Shown: one piece after another, positions 25,266-38,585 of the stretch | How positions within the stretch are numbered: position 1 is the first letter of the stretch | Layout: the number at the start of each line of letters is the position of its first letter | From: Octopus sinensis | Taxonomy: Eukaryota | Length of the DNA: 64,000 nt | NCBI RefSeq assembly: GCF_006345805.1 | Contig: NC_043011.1 | Span: 39,320,464 to 39,384,463, forward strand | Direction of reading: 5' to 3' | Program-made: the position numbers and the translations under genes | Notes under the pieces: model-generated | What the model saw: only the letters and a program-made list of their open reading frames with translations | Told to the model about the DNA's origin: nothing | Database searches by the model: none

Positions 25266-25619
25266 GGTTTGGGTGGTGGCGGTGGCGTCCATAACTCTAA
25301 CAATTATGATTAAAGAATAAGGAATGAGACAGCATTGCATTGCCAGATGCTAGCTACACTACTTCAGCCAAACTTATCCTACACCTACTTCACCCACTAC
25401 TTTCTGCCATCAGCCTGCGTTGAAGTTTTAATGAGTTATTTATGATGTTTAAACTAATTATTTACCTTTAAAGTGAATTGACTGACACCTGTTGTTTGGC
25501 TGCCGTTACTTTTGTTGTTTCTCAAGTCAGGCTTGATTAACGAACCTTCCTATGACCAGATGCATCCCAGCTGTGACCAATCAGTTACCTGATATATTTT
25601 ATGGCTAAGCATGATATAT

Positions 25620-26400
25620 CTCGTATTATATGTTCTTCCCCCTTATTCTATTGGTCTCTTTTACTGAACTGCTAAGTCACAGGTATATAAGCACACCAAC
25701 ATCAGTTGTCAAGCAAAAGTGGGAGGACAAACATAGACACACACACACAAACACATATATAACAGGCTTCTTTCACTTTCCATCTACCAAATCCACTCTC
25801 AGTGCTTTGGTTGGCCCGAGGCTACAGTAGAAGACACTTGCCCAAGGTGCCACACAGTGGGACTCAATCCGGAACCATGTAGTTGGAAAACAAGCTACTT
25901 GTGAGTGGATTTGGTAGACGGAAACTGAAGCAAGCCCATCACGTGTGTGTGTGTGTAACATAACTAGTTTGGCTTACAAAGAATAAATCCTGCGGTAGAT
26001 TTCTTCGACTAAAGGTGGTGCTCCAGCATGGCCGCTGTCAGATGACTGAAATAAGTAAAAGAATAAATGTGTGTGTGTGCATACGTGCTTATCTTTTACT
26101 CGTTTCAGTCATTAGACTGCAGCCTTGAAGAATTCTTGGTTGAACGAATTAACCCCCAATGCTTAGATTCTTTTGCTAAGCTTGGTACTTATTCTATCGG
26201 TGCCGTTTTTGCCGAACTAGTTATGTTACACACACACACACACACATACATGATGGGCTTCCTTCAGTTTCAAATCCACTCACAAGTCTTTGGATCGACC
26301 TGATAATATAGTAGAAGACACCTGCCCAAGGTGTCTCACAATGGAACTGAACCCGGAACGATATGGTTGGGAAGCAAGCCCCTTAAAACACAGCTGCACC
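25620..26400. mobile_element. Three interleaved SINE family A copies (-, +, -)
   Basis: Head and tail segments occur in both orientations. Confidence 0.75.
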
Positions 26401-26973
26401 TGCACTTATATGTGTGTGTGCGTATGTGTGTGTGTGTGTGTGTGTATAAAGTGCTGGGCAGAAGTTTATCATTAACTGACAGAAATTGTTATGATAATCA
26501 AGATCAATCATTGCAATTATCATTAATGTGCATTGTTGTTATTATTAATAGCAATAATATTAGTTTGCCCTTTCTATAACTCCTATTTAATTTGTCTCGG
26601 TCCCTCTCTCGCCCTCTCTCACCCGTGCTCTCTCTCTCTCTTTCTCGTTTTGCTTAACTCTCCGATAAAGATCATCATATTCATTATCTCCAACTCTAAG
26701 CTGTTACGAACCTTTCATTTGCTTGATGAAAATTGCATGTACCTATAGACTGTGTGTGTGTGTGTGTGTGTGTGCTTGCATATGTTTATATTGTGGAGGT
26801 GTGTATATATGCTTATGTCTATGTTCATATGTATAATTTAATACATATGCTTACATATAATTTTTATACATGAATGCATATATATGTGTGTATGTATGTG
26901 TGCATACATATACACATACACATGCCAACATATATATATATATACATATACACATACATGTATATTATATGCA

Positions 26974-27018
<45 letters not shown>

Positions 27019-27244
27019 TTATTTTATAGAAGGAGCTTCTACAGGACTAGAACTGTTTCATTCAAAAGGTTAACCCCGACTCAACCCGGGACCTACATAT
27101 ATATATATATATACGCGCACACACACACATACACATGCATATATACATATGTATATATATATATGTATGTATAGAGAGAGAGAGAGAGAGGCACTGTGTA
27201 GACATGTATATAGAAGTGTGTGTGTGTGTCAGTGTTTACGTACT

Positions 27245-27457
27245 CTTTTACTTGTTTCAGGCATTTAACTGTGGCCATGCTGGAGCACCACCTTTAGTCA
27301 AACAAATCGACCCCAGGACTTATTCTTTGTAAGCCTAGTACTTATTCTATCGGTCTGTTTTGCCAAACCGCTAAGTTACGGGGATGTAAACACACCAGCA
27401 TCGGTTGTCAAGCGATGTTGGGGGGACAAACACAGACACACAAACATATACACATAC

Positions 27458-27524
<67 letters not shown>

Positions 27525-27700
27525 TATTTATACATGAATACGACAAGCTTCTTTCAGTTTGTCTACCAAATCCACTCGCAAGGCTTTGATCGGCCCGAGG
27601 CTATAATAGAAGACACTAGCCCAAGGTGCCACGCAGTGGGACTGAGCCTGGAACCATGTGGTTGGTAAGCAAGCTACTGACCACACAGCCACTCCTGTGC
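27245..27700 (-). mobile_element. SINE family A
   Basis: Full reverse copy with long internal (TA)n. Confidence 0.9.
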
Positions 27701-27773
27701 CTATGTGTGTATAATTTACATGCTTGCATATAATTTCTATAGGTTTAGGCACATCTCTCTCTTTCTATTTATC

Positions 27774-27841
<68 letters not shown>

Positions 27842-28000
27842 CAATGTAAATGTGAATAAGTACGTGTATCTTTGTTTAATGCATCTAAGTATGTGTGTGT
27901 GTGTATATATATATATTAAGTATTAGTGTGTGTGTGTAATTTATATGTATACTTGCTTACAATTTACAAATGTGTATGCATATATACACACAGTATAGAC

Positions 28001-28031
<31 letters not shown>

Positions 28032-28545
28032 CACACACACACACACACACATCTCTCTGTGTGCGTATGTGTCCGTGCGTCCAACTAACTTGTGGCTTTA
28101 TAAACAATAACCCCACAATAACCTCTTCTGATTGCTCTGTTATAAAATATTCAAGGATTACTTTCAAATCCACTTTGTGGAATCAATACTCCTATCCCAG
28201 TCATCACGAAATGCTTGTCTGTTGTTGTGTGTCGGTCAGCTTGGTGCATCATTCTCCTTTCTTATTCCTCAACGTATCCTTTTATTACAGTAAGTAATTA
28301 GTAAATTGATTTTGGGGGTTAGGTACCCTGATATAATCCACTAGTACATGCAAATATATATATATGTTTGTATGTGTGCATATATGTGTATATATATATT
28401 TATATGTATGTGTGTATATACATGTTTGTGTACATATATATGTGTGTATGTATGCATGTGTATATATATATATTTATGTGTGTGTGTGTGTGTGTATCTA
28501 TATAAATATATACATATGTATGTCTGTGTGTATATGTATATGTAT

Positions 28546-28596
<51 letters not shown>

Positions 28597-29207
28597 TCTT
28601 TCTGCTTATTTCTGTGTTCCTTTTCTGCTGAAGAGTGTAGGCTTGAAACACAAGACTTTCTCACTTCCCAAGCGTTAAACTAATACATCTGTTTGTTGTT
28701 TACACACCCATCTTCGTCCTTTTTTTTTTTTTTTTTTTGGTAAATTCCAACTATATGTATATACAGATAGAAGATAGATTAGACAAATATATAACTTCTG
28801 TAGAAACTAGAACCACCGTTAGAAGTTATGACATTTCGTAAACAAATGCATTTTCATAAACAATGCAGTCAAAGATGGAAGAGTATGCCAATGAGTGTAC
28901 GTGCATATTTCAGGACATTTTGCTCCTTCTTCAACACCACATCCAGCTCAGTAGCCATCTAAAAGCACTGTGTTTTGTGGCTATTTAAGCAATGTGTTCC
29001 ATTAAGCACTGAAGGTGGATCTCATCGACTATGCTCTTCAAGGCCGCAATCCAGTGACTGAAATAAGTTGCACAAAAATAAAGAAGGGTTGGTTGCAGCT
29101 TTAACTCTTTTGTTATCACAAAGCTGTTAAAATATCTAGCCTTTTGTTTCAATTATATTTTGAAATTAGAGAAAAATTTCATCAACTGTTTAGCATTAAA
29201 ACCCAAC

Positions 29208-29542
29208 CAGGGTTCTCAACCGTGATCCATATGATTCCTGAGGATCCATATAAGATTTTCGAGGGGGCCATGCAGCAAAATAGTAAATCAAAGATCTACA
29301 GTAATATCTGAAGGGCACCTGAAATATTTTTGCTTTTGATGTATGTATTGGTATGTATTGGTTTATTTCTCTAATGTTTATATAGTTCAACCTACACGAG
29401 TAAATGTGTGAAAAATGAAATAGGGATTTTGAAAGAACTTTCTGTAAAACTAGCTGTTAAACATCAAATGGCTTATGGGGATCTTCCAGAATAAAATAGT
29501 AATCAAAGGGGTCCATAGACAGAAAATGGTTGGAAACCCTTG
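29208..29542. mobile_element. hAT-type MITE
   Basis: Ends cagggttctcaacc ... ggttggaaacccttg with subterminal ggatccatat/ggggtccata motifs. A related degenerate copy lies at ~48250-48490. Confidence 0.55.
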
Positions 29543-29544
29543 AT

Positions 29545-29759
29545 TTAATCTGACCATATCCAGCCTAAATATTCTAAATGTTTGATGTTCAGTCTGGCTA
29601 GATCCAGCCTCTTACACCTGCCCTACAATTGTCATTCTGAAAGTATACTCTCACATCATCAAAATCCCAAAGCTAGGAGGTAATGCATGGTTCATTTGAA
29701 ACAATGTGAATAGATAAGCATTACATTTGACAGAGTAATCTGAATGCTGAAGGGTTAAA
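29545..29759. mobile_element. TTAA-type MITE
   Basis: Ends gtaatctgaatgctgaagggTTAA. Confidence 0.65.
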
Positions 29760-29772
29760 TAGCTTTGTCATT

Positions 29773-30137
29773 GGAAGCACTCCGTCGGTTACGACGATGA
29801 GGGTTCCGGTTGATCCGAATCAACGGAACAGCCTGCTCGTGAAATTAACGTGTAAGTGGCTGAGCACTCCACAGACACGTGCACCCTTAATGTAGTTCTC
29901 GGGGATATTCAGCGTGACACAGAGAGTGACAAGGCCGGCCTTTGAAATACAGGTACAACAGAAACAGGAAGTAAGAGTGAGAGAAAGTTGTGGTGAAAGA
30001 GTACAGCAGGGATCACCACCATCCCCTGCCGGAGCCTCGTGGAGCTTTTAGGTGTTTTCGTTCAATAAACACTCACAACGCCCGGTCTGAGAATCGAAAC
30101 CGCAATCCTATGACCGCGAGTCTGCTGCCCTAACCAC
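29773..30137 (-). mobile_element. Young SINE family H copy with 9-10-bp TSD ((c)tttgtcatt)
   Basis: TSD at 29763-29772 and 30137-30146; tRNA-like head at the right end; CpG-rich and little decayed. Confidence 0.85.
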
Positions 30138-30409
30138 TTTGTCATTATTAAGCTGGTGTCTAGAACATAAATTAATAGGAAATTTTGCTGGAAGGTGTTA
30201 ACTCAGATCATTTAAAGCATTTGTATCACAGATCCAAGGTGACTTCCACAAGGTACAGTCCTTCAGTGACCCTGAGAGTTATGCCAGTGGAGTGCTAAAT
30301 CCTGGTTTGAACTTTCCATGCTGCACAGGTCAGAGGATAGAGGCCAGGCGAAGATGGATTCTAGGGGTCAGCATGAGTCAACATTGAGCCAATGCTCCTA
30401 TGTTTTATG

Positions 30410-30775
30410 TTTTACTTGTTTAAGTCATTAGACTGCGGCCATGCTGGGGCATTGCCTTGGAGGGTTTTGGTCAAATGAATTGACCCCAGTACTTTTTTTT
30501 AAAGTCTGGTACTTATTCTGTTTCTTTTGTTGAATCGCTAAGTTACAAGGATGTAAACACACTGACACTGGTTGTCAAGCAGTGTTGAGAGAATGAACAA
30601 AAACACACATATGATGGGCTTCTTTCAGTTTCCGTCTACCAAATCCCACTCACAAGGTTTGCTCAGCCTGAGGCTATAGTAGAAAACGCTTTCACAAGGT
30701 GCCTCACAGTAGGATTGAACCTGGAACCATGTGGTTGAGAAGCAAGTTTCTTACCACACGGCCACGCCTGCACCT
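30410..30775 (-). mobile_element. SINE family A
   Basis: Reverse full copy. Confidence 0.8.
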
Positions 30776-31746
30776 ATATGACAAAAAAAAAAGGAGCAAA
30801 CAACCCAAAACCATAAAATCTTGGGAGGGGAAGGTCTTCTTTCATAGCAATATGTGGGGACACCTTAAAAATATCTAGGGGTAAGGAAAATGAGACAGAG
30901 CTGAAAAAGCAGAGATAAAAGACATTCTTAAAGTCAAGAACGGTGAAGATAAAGTCATCAATGCCCTGTAGTCCTTAAGGAGTAGAGGGTTTAAGAATAA
31001 GAAGGTTAGTCTCAGCTGGGTTGTTGATGAAAAGGGTTAAAGTATTTTACCGTAGGTGTGTTAACTGAATCAGAATCAGCGAGGGCTGCTGCGGGGCTAA
31101 GCAAAAACGTAAGGGTTCTTAATATTTATCAGAAGGAAGCAGGGATCCAATTTGCTTTGGAAGAGAAGGTTCATTCAGCTTTGCCTCTGCATTTTGCTTA
31201 TTTGTTTTGTTAGGGAAAGAGGTACCCTCTACCTCCCCCTGTAATTCCAATATTCATCAGTAAAAAGGGTTCTCTTTTACCACACAAGCTGAAGAATTCC
31301 CTATTTTTATGTTTTAATAGTTACGATACTAATAAGGGCCAGTGGGGGTTTGCCTGCTGTTGGTTAGATCTTAAAGGCAGCAATTAGATGTTGTTTTAGG
31401 CTTCACCGCTCTAAGCTACAAGCAATAAACTATATGCAAGCTTAAATTGCTGTAGAGCCACTAATATCCTACTCGAAAAAGTTTTAAAAAAGTAGAATAA
31501 AGCTATTTGATATGTAGCAAAGAAGATCAGACACCGATGAGTTTTGGGGAGGAGAAGGAAGAGAATGAAAAAAGAAATGAAAGAAAAAAATGAGTGGGGG
31601 GGGGGCAGAATATTAATAAAGAAAGCAAATGGTGTTATAAAGATCGGAATCTATGATGCAAGCTTTTAAAATCTTGAGGGGTTATAAATTTGTCTCCTAT
31701 CTTCTTAGAATATAATCATAAGACAAATAATAATAATAATAATGAC

Positions 31747-31782
<36 letters not shown>

Positions 31783-31884
31783 GGAAGAAGTAAAAATTTA
31801 AAAAAAACAAAAAGAAAGAAATTATCAGGCCACATCATTCTGAGTGTGGTGGTATTGTATAGCCTTTACTTTTATTTAATATCA

Positions 31885-32340
31885 GGAGAGACAGAGTAAT
31901 AGAGATATGGGCAGGAGAGGAAGGCAGAGTAAAGGAGATAATGGAAGGAGAGAGGGAGTTGTAGAGATAAAGAGGGGAGAAAGAGGAAGAGATGAAAGGA
32001 GAGGGTGTAAGAGATATATAAGTGGGGGGGAAAAGAAATATATGAAAGATGGGAACAGATATATAAAGAGACAGAGAGAGAAATATAAAGAGAGAGAGAG
32101 AGAGCAAGATATATATAGGAGGAGAGAGAGAAAGTGATATATAAGGGGAGAGAGAGGAAGAGGTATATATAGTGTGAGGGAGGAGGAAATATATGGGGAG
32201 AAAGGGAGGAAGAGATATATAAGGGGTAAGAGAACGAAGAGATATGTAAGGAGAGAGAGAGAGAGAGAGAGAGCAAGATAGACAGAGAAATAGATATATA
32301 AGGGGAGAGAGAGAGAGAGAGAGATGGGTGGGAGGAGGGA
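31885..32340. repeat. Purine-rich (GA/GGA/GATA) low-complexity tract
   Basis: Directly visible; source of the LSLS pseudo-ORFs. Confidence 0.9.
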
Positions 32341-32885
32341 ATGTTATGCAATGCTGAAATTTCTCTTGTTAAGGGAGCAATGTTGCCCCATAAATCACAC
32401 CTCTACGAAGCCATTCATGCCAAACAGGTTTTGGCAAAATACACAGAGCAATGAATAAATCGTAACTGCAATATTGCAGAACATTAAAAGTATAAAATGA
32501 AATAGAATAAAATAAAATTAACAACCACCACCACCGATTTCACAGTAAAACTAATAACAACCACCACCAGTGAAATTGAAGATCTTTCGGCTCAGACAAT
32601 AATTTAGGAGCATTAATAATGATTCAAATGCTTGGACAGGCTTGAAATGGAAAAGTGTAGAGTTTGTCAGGAGGGAGCCGGTACTTAAACTAGTATGAAA
32701 GTATGAAAGTGGCAAGTCAGAAGTTAAATAATTTCATGGCTAATAAATTCCAGGATTTAAATGGAATTACCAGAGAGTTCCGTAGAGGAAGAGAAAAACT
32801 CAAATGAATTTACTCTTATTTGTAAATAAAAATCACTATGACGGTGGTGGCGGCAGTGGTGCTGATGCAGCAGCAAATAGTATTA

Positions 32886-33986
32886 TTAACCCTTTCATTA
32901 CCAACCCGGCTGAAACCGGCTCTGGTTCTGTAGTACAAATGTCTTGTTTTCATAAGTCTTGAATTAAAATCTTCTACCAAACCTTAGTCACTATTTATGT
33001 TCCTAACACTAGTTGAATGATAACCAAATTATTTTACTAAATTCTTTGTTATATTTAAAATTAGTTGAAAGAAACACAGAGCATCTCAAAATAAATAGTT
33101 ACAAAAGGGTTAAAGTCACCATGATATTTTTAAATCACCTCTAGCCCTGTAGTACATATGTCTTGTTTTCATAAGTTTTGAATTAAAATCTTCTACCAAA
33201 CCTTAGTCACTATTTATGTTCCTAACACTAGTTGAATGATAACCAAGTTATTTTACTAAATTCTTTGTTATATTTAAAATTAATTGAAAGAAACACAGAG
33301 CATCTCAAAATAAATAGTTACAAAAGGGTTAAAGTCACCATGATATTTTTAAATCACCTCTAGCCCTGTAGTACATATGTCTTGTTTTCATAAGTTTTGA
33401 ATTAAAATCTTCTACCAAACCTTAGTCACTATTTATGTTCCTAACACTAGTTGAATGATAACCAAATTATTTTACTAAATTCTTTGTTATATTTAAAATT
33501 AGTTGAAAGAACACAGAGCATCTCAAAATAAATAGTTACAAAAGGGTTAAAGTCACCATGATATTTTTAAATCACCTCTAGCCCTAGTACATATGTCTTG
33601 TTTTCATAAGTTTGAATAAAATCTTCTACCAAACCTTAGTCACTATTTATGTTCCTAACACTAGTTGAATGATAACCAAATTATTTTACTAAATTCTTTG
33701 TTATATTTAAAATTAGTTGAAAGAAACACAGAGCATCTCAAAATAAATAGTTACAAAAGGGTTAAAGTCACCATGATATTTTTAAATCACCTCTAGCCCT
33801 GTAGTACATATGTCTTGTTTTCATAAGTTTTGAATTAAAATCTTCTACCAAACCTTAGTCACTATTTATGTTCCTAACACTAGTTGAATGATAACCAAGT
33901 TATTTTACTAAATTCTTTGTTATATTTAAAATTAATTGAAAGAAACACAGAGCATCTCAAAATAAATACAGTTACAGAAGGGTTAA
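32886..33986. mobile_element. TTAA-bounded piggyBac-type MITE containing five ~219-bp tandem units
   Basis: Starts TTAA|CCCTTTCATTACC and ends GTTACAGAAGGG|TTAA. Unit anchors at 32928, 33147, 33366, ~33584 and 33799. Confidence 0.85.
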
Positions 33987-35506
33987 GGACAAAAGGCTTG
34001 ATGACGACTGGTATTGGTGTGTTTATATCCCTCGTAACTTAGCAACTCAACAAAGAATAAGAGTACCTGGGCAAGTGTCTTCTCTTATGCCCCTGGGCTG
34101 ACCTAATCCTTGAGAGTGTAATATATCGTCATCATTTAATATCCACTTCCATGCTGACATGGTTTGGATGGATTGACTGAAAACTGGTGAGCTGGGGAAC
34201 TGCATCAGGTTCCAATCTGATTTGGCAAGGTTTCTATGGCTGGATGCCCTTCCTAAAACCAACCACTCCAAGAGTGTAGTGGATGTCTTTTTTTTGTGGA
34301 TATGAACTTCAACCTTGTTGTTTGTTTTATAAAACTTTATGTTCATACCTGAGGAATCTTCTGTCATCAGTGTTGCTGAAATTACAATGTAATATGATAA
34401 ATTTTAAATTATTATATAATAATATTTCAGCAATTATATGCTTGTAAAGTGAAGATATATGGAGTCAGATGGCTTTGTGGTTAGGGTGCTGGATTCACAA
34501 CCATAAGATTGTGGTTTCAATTCCTTAGCCAGGGGGTTCATTATGTTCTTGATCAAAACACTTCATTTCATGTTGCTGCTGTCCACTCATCAGTAGAAAT
34601 GAGTTTAGCCTGGAGAGGAGTGGGATCTGCCAGACTTTCTTGCAGTGACCCGATGACCAGCTCACAAGGGACTTGTCATTGTCAAAGTGAGGATATAGTA
34701 GCCAAGAAACTTTTGAAATTTACAGTTAATTACATTTTTGTTTCATTCCACATATCAGTTCCCCATCAAGACAAGGGGACAAAATGCATACACATGTGCA
34801 TGCACTCACAAGGTTTTAGTCAGTTTAAGGCAATATTTGAAGACCCTTGGTCCCACAACTTTATTCCCTTTTCCTTTCTTCTCTGTTCTTTTTCAATCTT
34901 GCAACCTCATAAGTGCTGGCAGCATGAATAAAAGTACCCAGTACACTCTGTAAAGTGGTTGGTTTTAGGAAGGCAATAATAGAAGACTCAAGGTGCCACG
35001 CGGTGCAATTGAACCTGAAACCATGTAATTGAGAAGCAAACTTCTTAACCACACAGCCATGCTTCTGCCTGTATTAATTCATAAATATAATTAAATATCC
35101 CTGTACCACATATTGGATCAGATATTACAGCACTTAGGAAAACTGGGAGTGCTTGTATAAGCGGTTTTCTGTTTGTAAACAAACACTGACCCACAAACAC
35201 ACACACATACCACCACACACAGACACACGCATACACGTACACATACTGGTAACACTCAGTTGATGATGAAATACGTGTTACACCATATTGATTAAATGTA
35301 GCCAAACATACATCGCGAAGTTTCATCAGATAAGCTGTCGCATAATTTTCGATCGCACTTGACAGAGAAGCAGAAGCAAACAAACAGCTCATTGTTAAAT
35401 TGATAAAACGATGAATTAGGAATACGTGTGGAATACGTTCACACACACACACACACAACATGCATGAATATTCATGCACGTAAGTGCACGAGACTACATG
35501 CGTATG

Positions 35507-35546
<40 letters not shown>

Positions 35547-35550
<4 letters not shown>

Positions 35551-35755
35551 ACTTTTTTACTTGTTTCAGTCATTTGGCTGTGGCCATGCTGGAGCACCAC
35601 ACCTTTAGTCGAGCAGATCGACCCCAGGACTTATTCTTTGTAAGCCTAGTACTCATTCTATCGTCTCTTTTGCTGAACTGCTAAGTTACGGGGGCATTAA
35701 CACACCAGCATCGATTGTCAAGTGATGTTGGGGTGACAAACATATACACACACAC

Positions 35756-35808
<53 letters not shown>

Positions 35809-36015
35809 TTTACTTTTTTACTTGTTTCAGTCATTTGGCTGTGGCCATGCTGGAGCACCACACCTTTAGTCGAGCAGATCGACCCCAGGACTTATTCTTT
35901 GTAAGCCTAGTACTCATTCTATCGGTCTCTTTTGCTGAACTGCTAAGTTACGGGGGCATTAACACACCAGCATCGATTGTCAAGTGATGTTGGGGTGACA
36001 AACATATACACACAC

Positions 36016-36079
<64 letters not shown>

Positions 36080-36205
36080 GATGGACTTCTTTCAGTTTCT
36101 GTCTACCAAATTCACTCATAAGGCTTTGGTCGGCCCGAGGCTATAGTAGAAGACACTTGCCCAAGGTGCCACGCAGTGGGTCTGAACCCGGAACCATGTG
36201 GTTGC
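35547..36205 (-). mobile_element. SINE family A with a tandem duplication of its 3' half (period 261 bp)
   Basis: 35547-35807 and 35808-36068 share private variants and are nearly identical. Confidence 0.9.
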
Positions 36206-36409
36206 CAAATGGCACAAGTCTACTTTATGTAAACTGTGTACATGTGTTAAAATTGTATAGAGCAGCAGTTCTCAATCCTGTCTCCCAGGGTTACATGCTG
36301 CCCTAGCTTTCAGTGCATATTTATGTAAGGTAGATTTGCACCATTTGGCATCTTCCTTCAGCATGTGGCTTGGCCTTTTGTAAGACTCGCTTTTTGGCCT
36401 TATTGTGGT

Positions 36410-36800
36410 TTATCATCTTGAAAGAGTCCAGAAGCTGGCTACCCGCATGGTTCTTGGTCTCAAGCATTTGTCTTATGAAGAAAGGCTGAAGACACTTGAC
36501 CTTTATTCTCTAGAAAAACGACGACGCCGTGTTGATCTCATTCTCGCTCACAACATCATAAGCGGAAAGTGTAACCTCTCGAAAGAGCTGTTCTTCACTC
36601 CTGCTCCAGAGCGTCGGCTGCGGGGTCACTCCGAAAAGCTCTATCTGCGACGATTTCATCTCAATCGAAGGAGAGGGGCTTTCTCCGTCCGGGTTGCGGA
36701 TCCGTAGAATAAGCTGCCAGACAAGATAGTGAAGATGCCGACGACCGCTCGGTGCAAAGACTCTCTTGACCAGAAATGGCCTGAACTCTTTGCATGAACA
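36410..36800 (+). mobile_element. CR1-clade LINE 3' fragment (post-RT C-terminus)
   Basis: LERVQKLATRMVLGLKHLSYEERLKTLDLYSLEKRRRRVDLI...RGHSEKL...FSVRVADP*NKLPDKIVK...LDQKWPELFA*. Confidence 0.85.
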
Positions 36801-36942
36801 CCCTCCCTCTAGCTGGCCAGAACTAGTATCTCACACCTACTCTGAAATGTCATTCAAAAAATAAACAATTACGTCTTTCAAATCTTGAAGCTACAAGATA
36901 ATACCAGATTGATTTTTTTTAAATGTGAGTAGATAGATGCAG

Positions 36943-37370
36943 ATGTGGCTGTGTGGTAAGATGCTAGCTTCCCAACCACATGGTGCTGGGTTCAGTCCCA
37001 CTGCATGGCACCTTGGGCAGGTGTCTTCTACTATAACCTTGGACCAACCAAAGCTTTTTGAGTGGATTTGATAGATTGAAACTGAAAGAAGCCCATAGTA
37101 TATATATATACATATATATGTATATATTTATATATATATGTATGTATGTATTTGGGTTTGTCTGTGTTTGTCCCTTTATCACTGCTTGACGACGACTGGT
37201 TTTGGTGTGTTTATGTCCCCCGTAACTTAGCAACTCGACAAAGAATAAGAGTACCAGGCTTTAGAAAACAAGTCCTGGGGGATCAATTTCTTCGATTTAA
37301 AAAAAAAAAAACCATTCAAGGTGGTGCTCCAGCATGGCCACAGTCAAATAACTGACACAAATAAAAGAAT
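36943..37370 (+). mobile_element. SINE family A
   Basis: Full head-core-tail. Confidence 0.85.
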
Positions 37371-37789
37371 AAATATATATGCACTGATGTTTAGAGTCTT
37401 ATTTTTCCTGCTTGCGTCTCCAAACTTACACATATTTGTGTGTGTGTCTGTGTCTGTGTGTGTGTGTGTGTGTGTGTGTCCCCAAGTGTGTGTTGCTCAC
37501 ACATGGTTTTATTTGTACAAAGAGCAGAATAGAAATCAGGACCCGGGTGTATATGTTTTTCTGTAATTTATCGATAATGCCTCTCTTATCTGCTATCGTT
37601 TTTCAACGCCCTCTGGTATCTTCCATCACGCACCACTTGATATAGCTGCTCTACATCATTCCGCTGCTTTCTAATCTATTCTTCTTCCTGAGCCTATCCC
37701 CGTACCTGCCACCTCACCCCTCTCAGTACTGTTACTCCCCCTTCAACCACACTTCCACCCCCACCTTTGTTCATCACTTACTGCTTTCA

Positions 37790-38585
37790 TCCCTACACCC
37801 ACCCGTCTTTAATCATCTGTTACCACCCACCTTTAACCATTCATTATACCCACACACCTTTAACCATCTATTACCACCTACCCCACACACCTTTAATCAT
37901 CTGTTACCACCCACCCCCACCTCTAACCATCTCTTACTCCCAACCCACCTTTAACTGTCCATTACCCTCCATGCACCTTTAACCATCTGTTACCATACCT
38001 CACCTCTAACCATCCATTATCCCCACCTTTACCATTTGTTACCATCCTCCCTCCTTTAACCATCTCTTACTCCCAACCCACCTTTAACTGTCCGTTACCC
38101 TCCATGCTCCTTTAACCATCTGTTACCATACCTCACCTATAACCATCCATTATCCCCACCTTTAACCATTTGTTACCATCCTCCCTCCTTTAACCATCTG
38201 TTACTCCCAACCCACCTTTAACTGTCCATTACCCTCCATGCACCTTTAACCATCTGTTACCATACCTCACCTCTAACCATCCATTACCCCCACCTTTAAC
38301 CATTTGTTACCATCCTCCCTCCTTTAACCATCTCTTACTCCCAACCCACCTTTAACTGTCCGTTACCCTCCATGCTCCTTTAACCATCTGTTACCATATC
38401 TCACCTCTAACCATCCATTACCCTCACCTCTAACCATCCATTACCCCCACCTTTAACCATCTGTTACCATCCTCCCACTTTTAACCATCTGTTACCATTC
38501 TCCCACCTTTAACTATCTGTTACTCCCAACTCACCTTTAACTGTCCATTACCCTCCACGTACCTTTAACCGGCTGTTACCCCCCC
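37790..38585. repeat. C-rich minisatellite: 23-28-bp monomers in a 134-bp higher-order repeat
   Basis: Higher-order repeat starts at 37981, 38114, 38248 and 38382; monomer core TTAACCATC..TTACC. Confidence 0.9.

Noticed and set aside
28620-28670. CTGAAGA...GAAAC hammerhead candidate (family also at ~61855)
   Set aside because: The second copy reads tgtagaagag...caaaac, and stems I and III do not close convincingly. Kept only as a weak mention, not as a feature.
30840-31200. Possible L2/CR1-group RT remnant on the minus strand
   Set aside because: The translation is too degenerate to assign by eye.
32886-33986. Repeat-plus-spacer array superficially like CRISPR
   Set aside because: The spacers are identical, the repeats are ~186 bp, the ends are piggyBac-type TIRs, the context is eukaryotic and there are no cas genes.
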